Shown in pieces: positions 8,148-16,231 of a stretch of 50,938 nt of DNA. The notes under the pieces were generated by a model. The model was not told the DNA's origin. It worked only from the letters and a program-made list of their open reading frames with translations, and did not search any database. The stretch is taken from positions 1-50,938 of the forward strand of contig JAZQMI010000032.1 of the NCBI GenBank assembly GCA_045543375.1, written 5' to 3'. Every line of letters starts with the position of its first letter. Positions within the stretch are counted from its first letter, which is position 1. The position numbers and the translations under genes were made by a program. Source of the stretch: Eubacteriales bacterium (GTDB taxonomy: Bacteria > Bacillota > Clostridia > Oscillospirales > CAG-272).

Positions 8148-10034
8148 TTATCTTTCCTCGAGCTCTACCCACTCGCCGCTCTCGGCGCTCTTGTACATCA
8201 TATCCAGTACGTAGCGCGAACGGCTACCTGCCTCGGGACCGACGACCAGTGCGTCGCCCGTGCGCAGGCAGTAAGCAAAGTTATCTGCACCCTGGTTCCA
8301 TTCTCTTTGTACGGGGTACGGAGATTCCTCCGTCCACTTGCCGTCCTCGCGCGACCAATAAATGTGCTCGCCCTCGGGACCGCCCGAGGTCAGAAGGTAT
8401 GCACCCTTGTCGCCGTACACCTCAAGACGGGTGTACCAGGTGTTGACGGGGTAAGAGGTGGTCGACGAGAAGCGGGCAACAAAGCCGTTCTCATACTGCC
8501 ACTCGGTGATACCGTAGTCGTCGACCTCGATGTCGTGCGTCTGGGTGTAGGTCGAGCAGCGAACCTTCTTAGGCATGCCGAAGCAGGTCAGCAGACGGTC
8601 GATCTCGTGGATACCCTGATTGCTCAGTGCTCCGCCGCCGTCCATAGCCCAGGTGCCTCTCCAGCCGCCGTTCTCCTTGAAGTAGGAGGCGGGACGCTTG
8701 ATGTTCAAAATCATATTGGCGCTCTTGAGCTTACCGAAGTAACCGCCCTCGACAGCCTTCTGCAGCTCCTTGAGCGGGCCGCGGAAATGCAGGTCGAAGT
8801 CGCAGCCGAGCAGCAGTCCCTTTTCCTTGGCAAAGGCAATGAGCTCGTCGCAACGCTGATAGTTGACGTCCATGGGCTTGGTCAGAAGGACGTTCTTGCC
8901 GGCCTCCAGGCACTGCTTTGCCACGCGGCAGTGATCGCCCGTGGGAACGACGACGTACATGACCTCAACGGCGGGGTCGTTCAAAAAGGTGTTGATGTCG
9001 GTGCTATAGGGAACCTTGAACTGCTCGCCGATCTCCTTGGCGCGCGCCTCGTTGATGTCGCAAACGCCATACAGCTTGATACCGTTGGTGTTGGTGATCT
9101 GTGCGCAGCGGTTCTTACCCATACCAAGGCCGACGACGACCATGTTGACGGGGTTATCGTTGTAGGGACGGTCGAACATCTGGACGGGCGAGAGCGCCGA
9201 CTTCATATCGCCGGGGGCGCTGGCGGGCCAGACGCGCTTGATGTAATCGTAGCACTTCTTGGTTGCCTGCTCACCGTTCAGGCCTACGCCTGCGGGAACG
9301 TGCGTTTCGATCGACACAGGCATATCCTTGCCCGTGACGAGCGCGCCGCGAAGCACTCTCTCCCACGGAACCTTCTTGCCCTCGACCTCAGCAAGCACAC
9401 CGCGCGACTTGACGTGCAGCATGTTGGCATATTTCAGGCACTTGGTGAAGTAGTCCACGCAGTCGCCCTTGGCCTCGGGCAGAATCTCAAACATATTGGA
9501 AACGTCCCAAGCCATACCCCAGCCGGGCACGTTGAGCTGCTCCAGTACGGTGATGACCTCGTCGGGCGTCTGACCGCAGTTTTCAATGCCGAGGATCAGA
9601 CCGGCCTCCTGCGCACGCTTAGCAAAGGGATAGAACATTTCCAGCACCTGAGCCTGTGCGTCGGGGCGCATGGCCAGCTCGCCGCACTTGGGATCGTACT
9701 GGTCGTGCTGCCAGAAGTTGAACGAACGGACCAGACGGCAATCCAGCACGTCGGCCGCGCGGATGATACCCTCAAGCTTTGCCATTTCCTTGGCAACGCC
9801 GTCAGGGCCGGGCAGGTGAACCTTGCACAGCGAAGACTGGATAACACCCGTCTTCAGACCAAGGCTGTCGAGCTGTGCACGAAGAGCCTTGAGTTCGTCC
9901 ATGGTCAGATTTTCAATGGGCTTACCGAACACTCTGGAACGGAAGTCCACGTACTTCATCCCCCAAGAAGCAATGGTAGGCAGGATCTCGGTAACTTCTC
10001 TTTGAAGCTCGTCAGTAAACACGGATACGTACAT
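8148..10034 (-). CDS. fusion protein: xylose-isomerase-like TIM barrel (aa 1-270) + Gfo/Idh/MocA NAD(P) oxidoreductase (aa 296-628)
   Basis: The N-terminal half has the sugar-phosphate isomerase/epimerase pattern (..LGIENCG.., ..SIETHVP..). The C-terminal half begins with Rossmann VNMVVVGLGMGKNR and has ..EAGKNVLLTKPM.. typical of Gfo/Idh/MocA. RBS AAGGAGAA. Its stop is 1 nt from the activase start. Confidence 0.8.
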   Translation of the reverse strand: MYVSVFTDELQREVTEILPTIASWGMKYVDFRSRVFGKPIENLTMDELKALRAQLDSLGLKTGVIQSSLCKVHLPGPDGVAKEMAKLEGIIRAADVLDCRLVRSFNFWQHDQYDPKCGELAMRPDAQAQVLEMFYPFAKRAQEAGLILGIENCGQTPDEVITVLEQLNVPGWGMAWDVSNMFEILPEAKGDCVDYFTKCLKYANMLHVKSRGVLAEVEGKKVPWERVLRGALVTGKDMPVSIETHVPAGVGLNGEQATKKCYDYIKRVWPASAPGDMKSALSPVQMFDRPYNDNPVNMVVVGLGMGKNRCAQITNTNGIKLYGVCDINEARAKEIGEQFKVPYSTDINTFLNDPAVEVMYVVVPTGDHCRVAKQCLEAGKNVLLTKPMDVNYQRCDELIAFAKEKGLLLGCDFDLHFRGPLKELQKAVEGGYFGKLKSANMILNIKRPASYFKENGGWRGTWAMDGGGALSNQGIHEIDRLLTCFGMPKKVRCSTYTQTHDIEVDDYGITEWQYENGFVARFSSTTSYPVNTWYTRLEVYGDKGAYLLTSGGPEGEHIYWSREDGKWTEESPYPVQREWNQGADNFAYCLRTGDALVVGPEAGSRSRYVLDMMYKSAESGEWVELEER

Positions 10035-10160
10035 GATGTTTTCTCCTTTTCATTTTTTCATTTTTCATCGACTTATGTTTACATATTTCCATACACAATT
10101 ATTATATTGTTAAATGCGTTACAAATATATGACTTTTTTCTATAAAAATGAAACATTTTT

Positions 10161-10193
10161 ATGTTTTTGGGATGTTTTTGGGATGTTTTTGAT
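10161..10193. repeat. three tandem 11-bp units ATGTTTTTGGG (third copy degenerate), helically phased T-tracts
   Basis: ATGTTTTTGGG ATGTTTTTGGG ATGTTTTTGAT read directly, located in the divergent control region between the GRE operon and the SBP gene. Confidence 0.8.
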
Positions 10194-10291
10194 GAAGATA
10201 GAACGTTATATATGAAAAGCAACCGCGTTTCCCAATCAAATACGTGGTATTTTTCTATCATTTGTTTTAGAAATATCACAAAATAATCATA

Positions 10292-10320
10292 TTGACTTTT
10301 GAGAATATTTGTATTATAAT
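10292..10320 (+). promoter_or_regulatory. sigma-A promoter of the solute-binding protein gene
   Basis: TTGACT (10292-10297), 17-nt spacer, TATAAT (10315-10320). Confidence 0.7.
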
Positions 10321-10330
10321 GTATGGTGAA

Positions 10331-10355
10331 GAATGATTTCGTGAAAAAATCATTC
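10331..10355 (+). promoter_or_regulatory. 9-bp inverted repeat at the transcript start (operator or 5'-UTR hairpin)
   Basis: GAATGATTT - 7 nt - AAATCATTC, starting about 10 nt after the -10 box. No T-run follows, so it is not a terminator. Confidence 0.45.
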
Positions 10356-10381
10356 AAAAAGAGATAATGGAGGATAGTAGC

Positions 10382-11905
10382 ATGAAAAGATTGCTCACCC
10401 TGTTGCTGGCAGTGATGATGATCGCATCCGTATTTGCTTTCGTCGGCTGTGGCAACGACACACCCAACCCCGACCAGCCCGGTCAGCCCGACCAGCCCGG
10501 CACCACCGATCCTGCCACGCCCGGTAGCTCGGATCAGCCTGTCGGCGACGGTATTGACTACATCACGCAGGTCGAAGTAGAAAACTTCAACAATGCATGG
10601 ATCACCATCCTTTGCCGTGAGGACAAGGAGTACGAGATGTACACCGAAGAGGATGCCGCCGCTCTGGTCGATCAGGCCGTTTACGCTCGTAACAACCGCG
10701 TAGCTGACCTGTTCAAGGTTCAGATCGAAACGCATCCCGTTGCAGGTACCTGGGAGCAGCAGCAGACCTACATTCAGGCTCTGGCTCAGTCGGTTTCTGC
10801 CGGTGACGACGCTTATCAGATCGCCGCTACGCACACGGCTTACAACTCCAACTTGACCATTCAGGAGCAGTACTACGATCTGCGCACGCTGGGCAACGCC
10901 ATCAACCTGGACGCCGCTTGGTGGTCGCAGTCGTTCAATGAGAACTGCACCGTTTACGACAAGCTGTTCTTCACCACCGGTGACCTTGCCCTGACCATGT
11001 GGGAGGGTATGTACGCCGTATACTTCAACAGAAAGCTTGCTACCGACTACGGTGTCGGCGATCTGTATCAGATGGTCCGCGACAAGGAGTGGACGATCGA
11101 GACGCTGACCGAGCTCACCGCAGGTCTGTATCAGGACAACGGTGATGACACCATGGGTCCCGAGGATACCTACGGTCTGCTGATCAACCGTCACGCAATG
11201 CGCGTATTCCTGACCACCTGCCAGCTTCCCATCTGCCAGCGTACGACGGACGGCGGCTACAAGCTGACCCTCATGGACGAGGAGCACATTGATAAGACCA
11301 CGACCGTATACGATAATCTTTACGATCTGATCTATGAGAACGATGGTACTTACGATTCCCAACTGCAGGACGGCGACTACACCGAGATGAACGAGATCTT
11401 CACCGCAGGCCGCTCGCTGTTCATGATGGGTGAGCTTCGCGTCACGCCCTCTCTCCGCGCCGCTGATATGGAGTTCGGTATCCTTCCCTTCCCCAAGTAC
11501 GACGAGGAGCAGGAAGAGTACTACGCTCACACCTACGACGGTCTGTCTTCCTTCGCTATCCCGCTGTCCGCTAAGGATCCCGCCATGTGCGCTAAGATCC
11601 TGGACGCTATGGGTGCAGAAAACAAGACTTCCGTTATCCCCGCTTACAACGAGATCGTGCTTGACGGTCGTGTAGCTCAGGACGGCGATTCCCGCGAGAT
11701 GCTGGGTATCATCCGTGACAACCTGTACTTCGACTTTGGTTTCGTTTACTCCAACACCATGGGTACTTCGGGCGTTTCCGGTCCCTTCGCTCTGTACGGT
11801 GACGCACTGCGCAGAGGAAGCGAGTCCTTCATCTCCGAGTGGGATCAGTATGCAACTGCACTGGCTACCAACTTGGAGGACGTGCTGGCCAAGTTTGACC
11901 AGTAA
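10382..11905 (+). CDS. extracellular solute-binding lipoprotein (family 1 sugar ABC SBP, about 500-aa LplA/YtcQ-like class), orphan
   Basis: Start set at the ATG at 10382, 8 nt after GGAGG. Signal peptide with lipobox MKRLLTLLLAVMMIASVFAFVGC, then a Pro/Asp/Gln-rich linker. Size and composition fit large sugar SBPs. No permease genes are nearby. Confidence 0.75.
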   Translation: MKRLLTLLLAVMMIASVFAFVGCGNDTPNPDQPGQPDQPGTTDPATPGSSDQPVGDGIDYITQVEVENFNNAWITILCREDKEYEMYTEEDAAALVDQAVYARNNRVADLFKVQIETHPVAGTWEQQQTYIQALAQSVSAGDDAYQIAATHTAYNSNLTIQEQYYDLRTLGNAINLDAAWWSQSFNENCTVYDKLFFTTGDLALTMWEGMYAVYFNRKLATDYGVGDLYQMVRDKEWTIETLTELTAGLYQDNGDDTMGPEDTYGLLINRHAMRVFLTTCQLPICQRTTDGGYKLTLMDEEHIDKTTTVYDNLYDLIYENDGTYDSQLQDGDYTEMNEIFTAGRSLFMMGELRVTPSLRAADMEFGILPFPKYDEEQEEYYAHTYDGLSSFAIPLSAKDPAMCAKILDAMGAENKTSVIPAYNEIVLDGRVAQDGDSREMLGIIRDNLYFDFGFVYSNTMGTSGVSGPFALYGDALRRGSESFISEWDQYATALATNLEDVLAKFDQ

Positions 11906-11920
11906 TTCCCGAACATATTG

Positions 11921-11952
11921 CGAGGGTGCACTGCGGTGCACCCTCGTTTTTT
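11921..11952 (+). terminator. rho-independent terminator
   Basis: CGAGGGTGCAC tgcg GTGCACCCTCG followed by TTTTTT. Confidence 0.85.
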
Positions 11953-12127
11953 GTTGCATTGATTCCCTTCGTTTTACGGCAGCTTGAATTTGCACTATTT
12001 TTTCTTGATTTTTTTGTTTAAAATCGGATTTTTTTATACTTTGCTATCGCCGTTTATCGTACCATGGGCGTTTGACACTATTTTTTAAATTATTTCATTT
12101 GAAATTAAAGTTTTTGATACTATATTA

Positions 12128-12156
12128 TTGACATTTATCGCAATATATGGTATAAT
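12128..12156 (+). promoter_or_regulatory. consensus sigma-A promoter of the AraC-family gene
   Basis: TTGACA (12128-12133), 17-nt spacer ending in TGG, TATAAT (12151-12156). Confidence 0.7.
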
Positions 12157-12230
12157 ATATAAAATTCAATCTATTTCTTTACATATATCCAATAAAAATA
12201 GTGTTTTCTTAAGATTTCAGTTTTCGTAAA

Positions 12231-13133
12231 ATGGAGGGGACGACGCTTATGGAAGATTTTTACCTGGAACGGAGATTGCGTATCTTCACGGATAGCGATC
12301 CCATCACGTTCGCATACAAAACGTCTTACGACGTTCCGTCGATTCACAATCTGCATATTCACCACAACTACGAGTTGTATTTTTATATTGAGGGTGACGC
12401 CGATTACATCGTCAACAATGCTTATTATAAGCTGCACCGTGGCGACGTTATGATCATCAGCCCCAATGAAACACATATGCTGGTACTCAAAAAGCCGTGT
12501 CAGTACACTCGCTTTTATATGGTATTCCCGCCTAACGTGTTCATCAACCACATCATCAACCCACTCCAGACGCTGCTGCGCCGCACGACGGGTGGCTCTG
12601 CCAAGCTGACACTGACTCCCGATATGTGGGATCGCGTATACGGCATGATGCAGGACATTCTTCGCGTTTGCCGCGACGACCCCGATGATTCGGGCGAGCT
12701 TCTGCACACCAAGATCTACGCCATGCTGCTGCAACTGTTGTGCTCGTTGAGCGAAAAAACCACTTCGGTGCAGTCGGTCGGCGACCAGTTCGGTGCGGCA
12801 CATCTGCCCGGCCCCATGCGCGAGGCCATGGCTTACATTGAAACGCACCTGACGCAAAACATCACGGTGCGCGAGATTGCCGAGGCCATTCATATCTCTC
12901 CGCCTTATCTGTCCTCGATCTTCCGCAAGCACATGGGCGTGCCGCTGGTCACCTATCTGCAAACGCGCAAGATCGTGCTCGCCAAGCAAATGCTGGAGGA
13001 GGGGCGGTCGGTCACCTACGCCTGCTATGAGAGCGGATTTTCGGATTGCTCGTATTTCATTCGCATCTTCAAGCGTCATCTCGGCATGACGCCGCTGCAA
13101 TACCGCAATTCCTTCCGCAACTCGGAAAAATAA
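12231..13133 (+). CDS. AraC family transcriptional regulator (N-terminal cupin sensor + C-terminal double HTH)
   Basis: N-terminus has an AraC-type cupin (HIHHNYELYFYIEGDADY...HRGDVMIISPNETH). C-terminus has the HTH_18 pattern (IAEAIHISPPYLSSIFRKHMG ... ACYESGFSDCSYFIRIFKRHLGMTPLQYR). The start could instead be the ATG at 12249. Confidence 0.9.
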   Translation: MEGTTLMEDFYLERRLRIFTDSDPITFAYKTSYDVPSIHNLHIHHNYELYFYIEGDADYIVNNAYYKLHRGDVMIISPNETHMLVLKKPCQYTRFYMVFPPNVFINHIINPLQTLLRRTTGGSAKLTLTPDMWDRVYGMMQDILRVCRDDPDDSGELLHTKIYAMLLQLLCSLSEKTTSVQSVGDQFGAAHLPGPMREAMAYIETHLTQNITVREIAEAIHISPPYLSSIFRKHMGVPLVTYLQTRKIVLAKQMLEEGRSVTYACYESGFSDCSYFIRIFKRHLGMTPLQYRNSFRNSEK

Positions 13134-13135
13134 TC

Positions 13136-13172
13136 AAAAAGCATCACGGACTTTGCGTCCGTGATGCTTTTT
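13136..13172. terminator. bidirectional terminator between convergent genes
   Basis: AAAAAGCATCACGGAC tttgc GTCCGTGATGCTTTTT, a 16-bp stem that includes an A-run and a T-run. Confidence 0.85.
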
Positions 13173-13173
13173 C

Positions 13174-16170
13174 TTATTCCTTGGCAAACGCCTCGTTGAG
13201 CATGCGTGCAATGTTCCGCATGCGCTCGGCGTCGACTTTGACCGCTTGGCGGTCGTAGGTAACAAGACCGTTGACCTCGTCCTCGACGTCGCTGAGCTGT
13301 GTCAGCACAAGCGCGCAGAGATTGGTATTGCGCAATGCGGGCACAATCTGTTCGCCGTACAGGTGCTCCAGAGCCGTGATCAGCTCGTCTGTGCTGTGAT
13401 AGGTCGCATAGCCGTAGCTTGCATCAAGATTGAAAATATGACCGTCCACGCCAAGACAATAGCCGCCAAATTCGGACAGCACGATCGGGAGCGTTTGATT
13501 TGATCTGAGGCGAACGGGCTTGAAATAAACGTGCTCACTTTGAACGTCGCTGCGTCGGGGTCTGAACCAGCCCGATGCGCTGTCCCAGATGCGCGTCGGA
13601 TCAAGCAGCTTCATTTCATCGTAGATGCGCGCGGTATCGTACTGTCCCCAGCCCTCGTTAAAAATGGTGTAGTAACAGACGCAGGGACTGTTGTACAGCA
13701 GATTAACCGTTTCCTTGGCCGCACCTTCAAAGGCGGCGCGGCGGCGCGGACTTGCGTGATGTGCAATGCCACGTTTGAAGGCAACGGTCGGCAGCGCGGT
13801 GTCGATCAGAAACGAATAGTTGCCGCTGTTGACCATGTCCTGGAACACGGACATGCCCAAGAGATCGCAATAGTAATAGAACAACGCAGGCTCGATCTTG
13901 ATGTGCTTGCGCAGCATGTTAAAGCCCAGCGACTTGGCCGTTTGAATATCAAAGCGGTAACCCTCGGGATCAGCGGGCAGATAGATGCCGTCGCTGAAAT
14001 AGCCCTGATCGAGCAGGCCGTGGAACAGATAGGGCTTACCGTTGAGCGCGGTCACGGGACCGTTATTTGTATCAACGACCGTGACGGTGCGCAAGGCGAA
14101 ATAGGACTCGACTCTGTCCTCACCGCACACGAGCGTGAAGCGGTAGAGATAGGGGTGCTCGGGCGACCAGAGGTGTACCTCGTCGGGTGCGAGCGTGAAC
14201 ACGTCACCCTCGTAGCAGTATTCACGATCCCCTGCCTCGGTATGCAGCACGATCGTCTTTTGCGCCGTGCCTCCCGTCGTTTCCACCGTCACGCACTCAG
14301 TCGACGGCGTCAAACGCAAAGAGCGGATATGCTCGGCGGGCAACGCTTCCATCCAGACCGTTTGCCAGATGCCGCTGGTGGGCGTGTACCACATGCCGCC
14401 GCGACGCTCGCGCTGCTTGCCGTAGGGCAGTTCCCGATCAAGCGCGTCCTGCACGCGGACGGTCAGCGTGTTTTCTCCCTCGCGCCACGCGCTTGTCACG
14501 TCAATCGAAAAAGGATGATAGCCACCCTCGTGCTCACCGACGGGCGTGCCGTTCAAGCATACCCGGGCAATCTGATCGACCGCGCCAAAGTGCAGCATCA
14601 GCCGCTTGCCCTCACCAAAAAATCCGTCGGGCAACGTGACCGTGCGCTCGTAAACAAGAATATCTTGTTTTTCAAAGCGGCACTCAATGCCCGAGGCGCG
14701 GGATTCGGGCGGAAACGGCACGAGAATATCACCCACACACTCGGTCTGCCCCTCACGCTCAAGAGCGAGTGACCAGCGACCGTTCAGGCACAGGTAGGAA
14801 TTGCGCTTCATTTGCGGACGGGGATATTCCTGCCACGGAATGTCGCCCATGTTCTGTTCAAATGGCGTGCCGAGCGACACCGTACGGGGCATTTTTTTGT
14901 GTCCGATCCACCACACGAGCAGCACGACGGGCACGGCGGCAAGCAATGCTGCCACGAAGATATTTTGATTGGGTACGAACGAGGTCGTTCCGTCGCCGTT
15001 GACCACAACGTCAGCGTTGCGCAGCACCGTCTTACCGATCCACGGACCGATGACACCGGGCAGCAGCACCTGCGAGCAAATGCGTACGCCTTGCAGCATA
15101 CCCGAACGCCCAGCGGGGGTCAGATCGCGAATGAGGGCACCGAACACGGCCATGCCGCAAAGGTAGCCGCACATCATGAGCAGCGAGCCAACGAACACAA
15201 GTACCGTTCCACGGAACAGCATGAGCAGCACGTAACCGACCATCAAAGACGCCAGTGCCGGCATGACCGCGCCCGAAAATCCGCGCTTGTCGTACACGTG
15301 CCCCCAGAAAAAGGTAGCGACCGACGCAAGCACGATGGCGGGTGCCATGATGAGCACGTAATCCTTCATGCCCAGCGACACCTCGTAATAAAGAATGAGG
15401 TAAGGCATGAAGATCTGAATGGAAATATTAAATACGACAAAGGTGATCAAGGCGCGGTAGAGCGTGGGGTTTTTGCGCACCGTCGAGGGGCGGAAGCCGT
15501 AAACGATGCCCTGCCAATAGGGCACGTCACTTTTTCTGATGGGCGGCTCTTTGATCAAAAACAGCCCTGCGATGCCAACGACAAGCGTCAGCGCGCCGAT
15601 GATGGCAAAGATATACGACCAGCTTTGGCTTTCGTCCAGATTGAACGCCATAAAGCCACCAAACACACAGAGAATGGCGACCAGCGGCATCATGGCGTTG
15701 ATACCCTCGGCCGCGCCGCGGTTGCCCTCATCGGTCATGTCGGTCAGCCAGGCGTTGAAGGCGGCGTCATTGGCGGTCGAGCCGAAGAAGGTCATGACGC
15801 AGTCCATGATGATGACCAAGGAAACGCCCACGGCAGCCGCCGACACGGTCATGGGAACGAGCGGCTCGATGACGTCAAGTCGGATAAACACAAAGCTGAA
15901 AATCGAGATGCCCCAGAGGATATAACCGCCGCACATGAACAGCTTGCGCTTGCCCACGCGGTCGGACAGCGCGCCCATGAGCACCGTCGTCAGCGTGGCT
16001 GCCACGGCGCTGGCGGCAACCATGGCGGAAATATCCGATGGAGTTGCGTTGAACATCTTATAGATAAAGACGTTGAAATACATGTTTTCCACGACCCAGG
16101 CGATCTGACCCATCAACGAAAAGACGGTCAGTGCGCACAAAAATCGCGGCGATAGCTTGCTTTTGCTCAT
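13174..16170 (-). CDS. fusion protein: GPH/MFS-type glycoside transporter (aa 1-425, about 12 TM) + glycoside hydrolase family 2 (aa 440-998)
   Basis: One uninterrupted 998-aa ORF. The N-terminal half is hydrophobic and MFS-like (..GALSDRVGKRKLF..). The C-terminal half has a GH2 sugar-binding region (LHFGAVDQIARVCLNGTPVGEHEGGYHPFSIDVT), acid/base IFNEGWG and a nucleophile-like LSEFGG. RBS AAAAGGAGAAG. Confidence 0.8.
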   Translation of the reverse strand: MSKSKLSPRFLCALTVFSLMGQIAWVVENMYFNVFIYKMFNATPSDISAMVAASAVAATLTTVLMGALSDRVGKRKLFMCGGYILWGISIFSFVFIRLDVIEPLVPMTVSAAAVGVSLVIIMDCVMTFFGSTANDAAFNAWLTDMTDEGNRGAAEGINAMMPLVAILCVFGGFMAFNLDESQSWSYIFAIIGALTLVVGIAGLFLIKEPPIRKSDVPYWQGIVYGFRPSTVRKNPTLYRALITFVVFNISIQIFMPYLILYYEVSLGMKDYVLIMAPAIVLASVATFFWGHVYDKRGFSGAVMPALASLMVGYVLLMLFRGTVLVFVGSLLMMCGYLCGMAVFGALIRDLTPAGRSGMLQGVRICSQVLLPGVIGPWIGKTVLRNADVVVNGDGTTSFVPNQNIFVAALLAAVPVVLLVWWIGHKKMPRTVSLGTPFEQNMGDIPWQEYPRPQMKRNSYLCLNGRWSLALEREGQTECVGDILVPFPPESRASGIECRFEKQDILVYERTVTLPDGFFGEGKRLMLHFGAVDQIARVCLNGTPVGEHEGGYHPFSIDVTSAWREGENTLTVRVQDALDRELPYGKQRERRGGMWYTPTSGIWQTVWMEALPAEHIRSLRLTPSTECVTVETTGGTAQKTIVLHTEAGDREYCYEGDVFTLAPDEVHLWSPEHPYLYRFTLVCGEDRVESYFALRTVTVVDTNNGPVTALNGKPYLFHGLLDQGYFSDGIYLPADPEGYRFDIQTAKSLGFNMLRKHIKIEPALFYYYCDLLGMSVFQDMVNSGNYSFLIDTALPTVAFKRGIAHHASPRRRAAFEGAAKETVNLLYNSPCVCYYTIFNEGWGQYDTARIYDEMKLLDPTRIWDSASGWFRPRRSDVQSEHVYFKPVRLRSNQTLPIVLSEFGGYCLGVDGHIFNLDASYGYATYHSTDELITALEHLYGEQIVPALRNTNLCALVLTQLSDVEDEVNGLVTYDRQAVKVDAERMRNIARMLNEAFAKE

Positions 16171-16188
16171 TTTCTTCTCCTTTTATGC

Positions 16189-16220
16189 AAAAGCCCTGCC
16201 AAAGAGCGGCACGGGCTTTT
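16189..16220 (-). terminator. terminator after the nucleotidyltransferase gene
   Basis: On the minus strand: AAAAGCCCGTGCC gctcttt GGCAGGGCTTTTGCAT. One bulged base in the stem. Confidence 0.6.
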
Positions 16221-16231
16221 GTTATCATTGA

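Noticed and set aside
8103-11995. Long antisense ORFs 8103-10145 (+) and 10079-11995 (-)
   Set aside because: Each overlaps a motif-rich gene on the other strand (the TIM/Gfo fusion and the SBP lipoprotein). Each also runs through the AT-rich promoter region without translation signals.
13174-14880. Calling the GH2 domain a beta-glucuronidase (a GusB::GusA-like fusion)
   Set aside because: The glucuronate-specific N-x-K motif was not visible in the expected region after the nucleophile. Without an alignment, specificity cannot be assigned, so it is left as generic GH2.
14812-16155. 447-aa His/Arg/Asp-rich plus-strand ORF, and 13531-14772 (+)
   Set aside because: Both are mirror frames of the MFS::GH2 gene. 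Their extreme His/Arg/Gly composition and lack of an RBS are inconsistent with a real protein.
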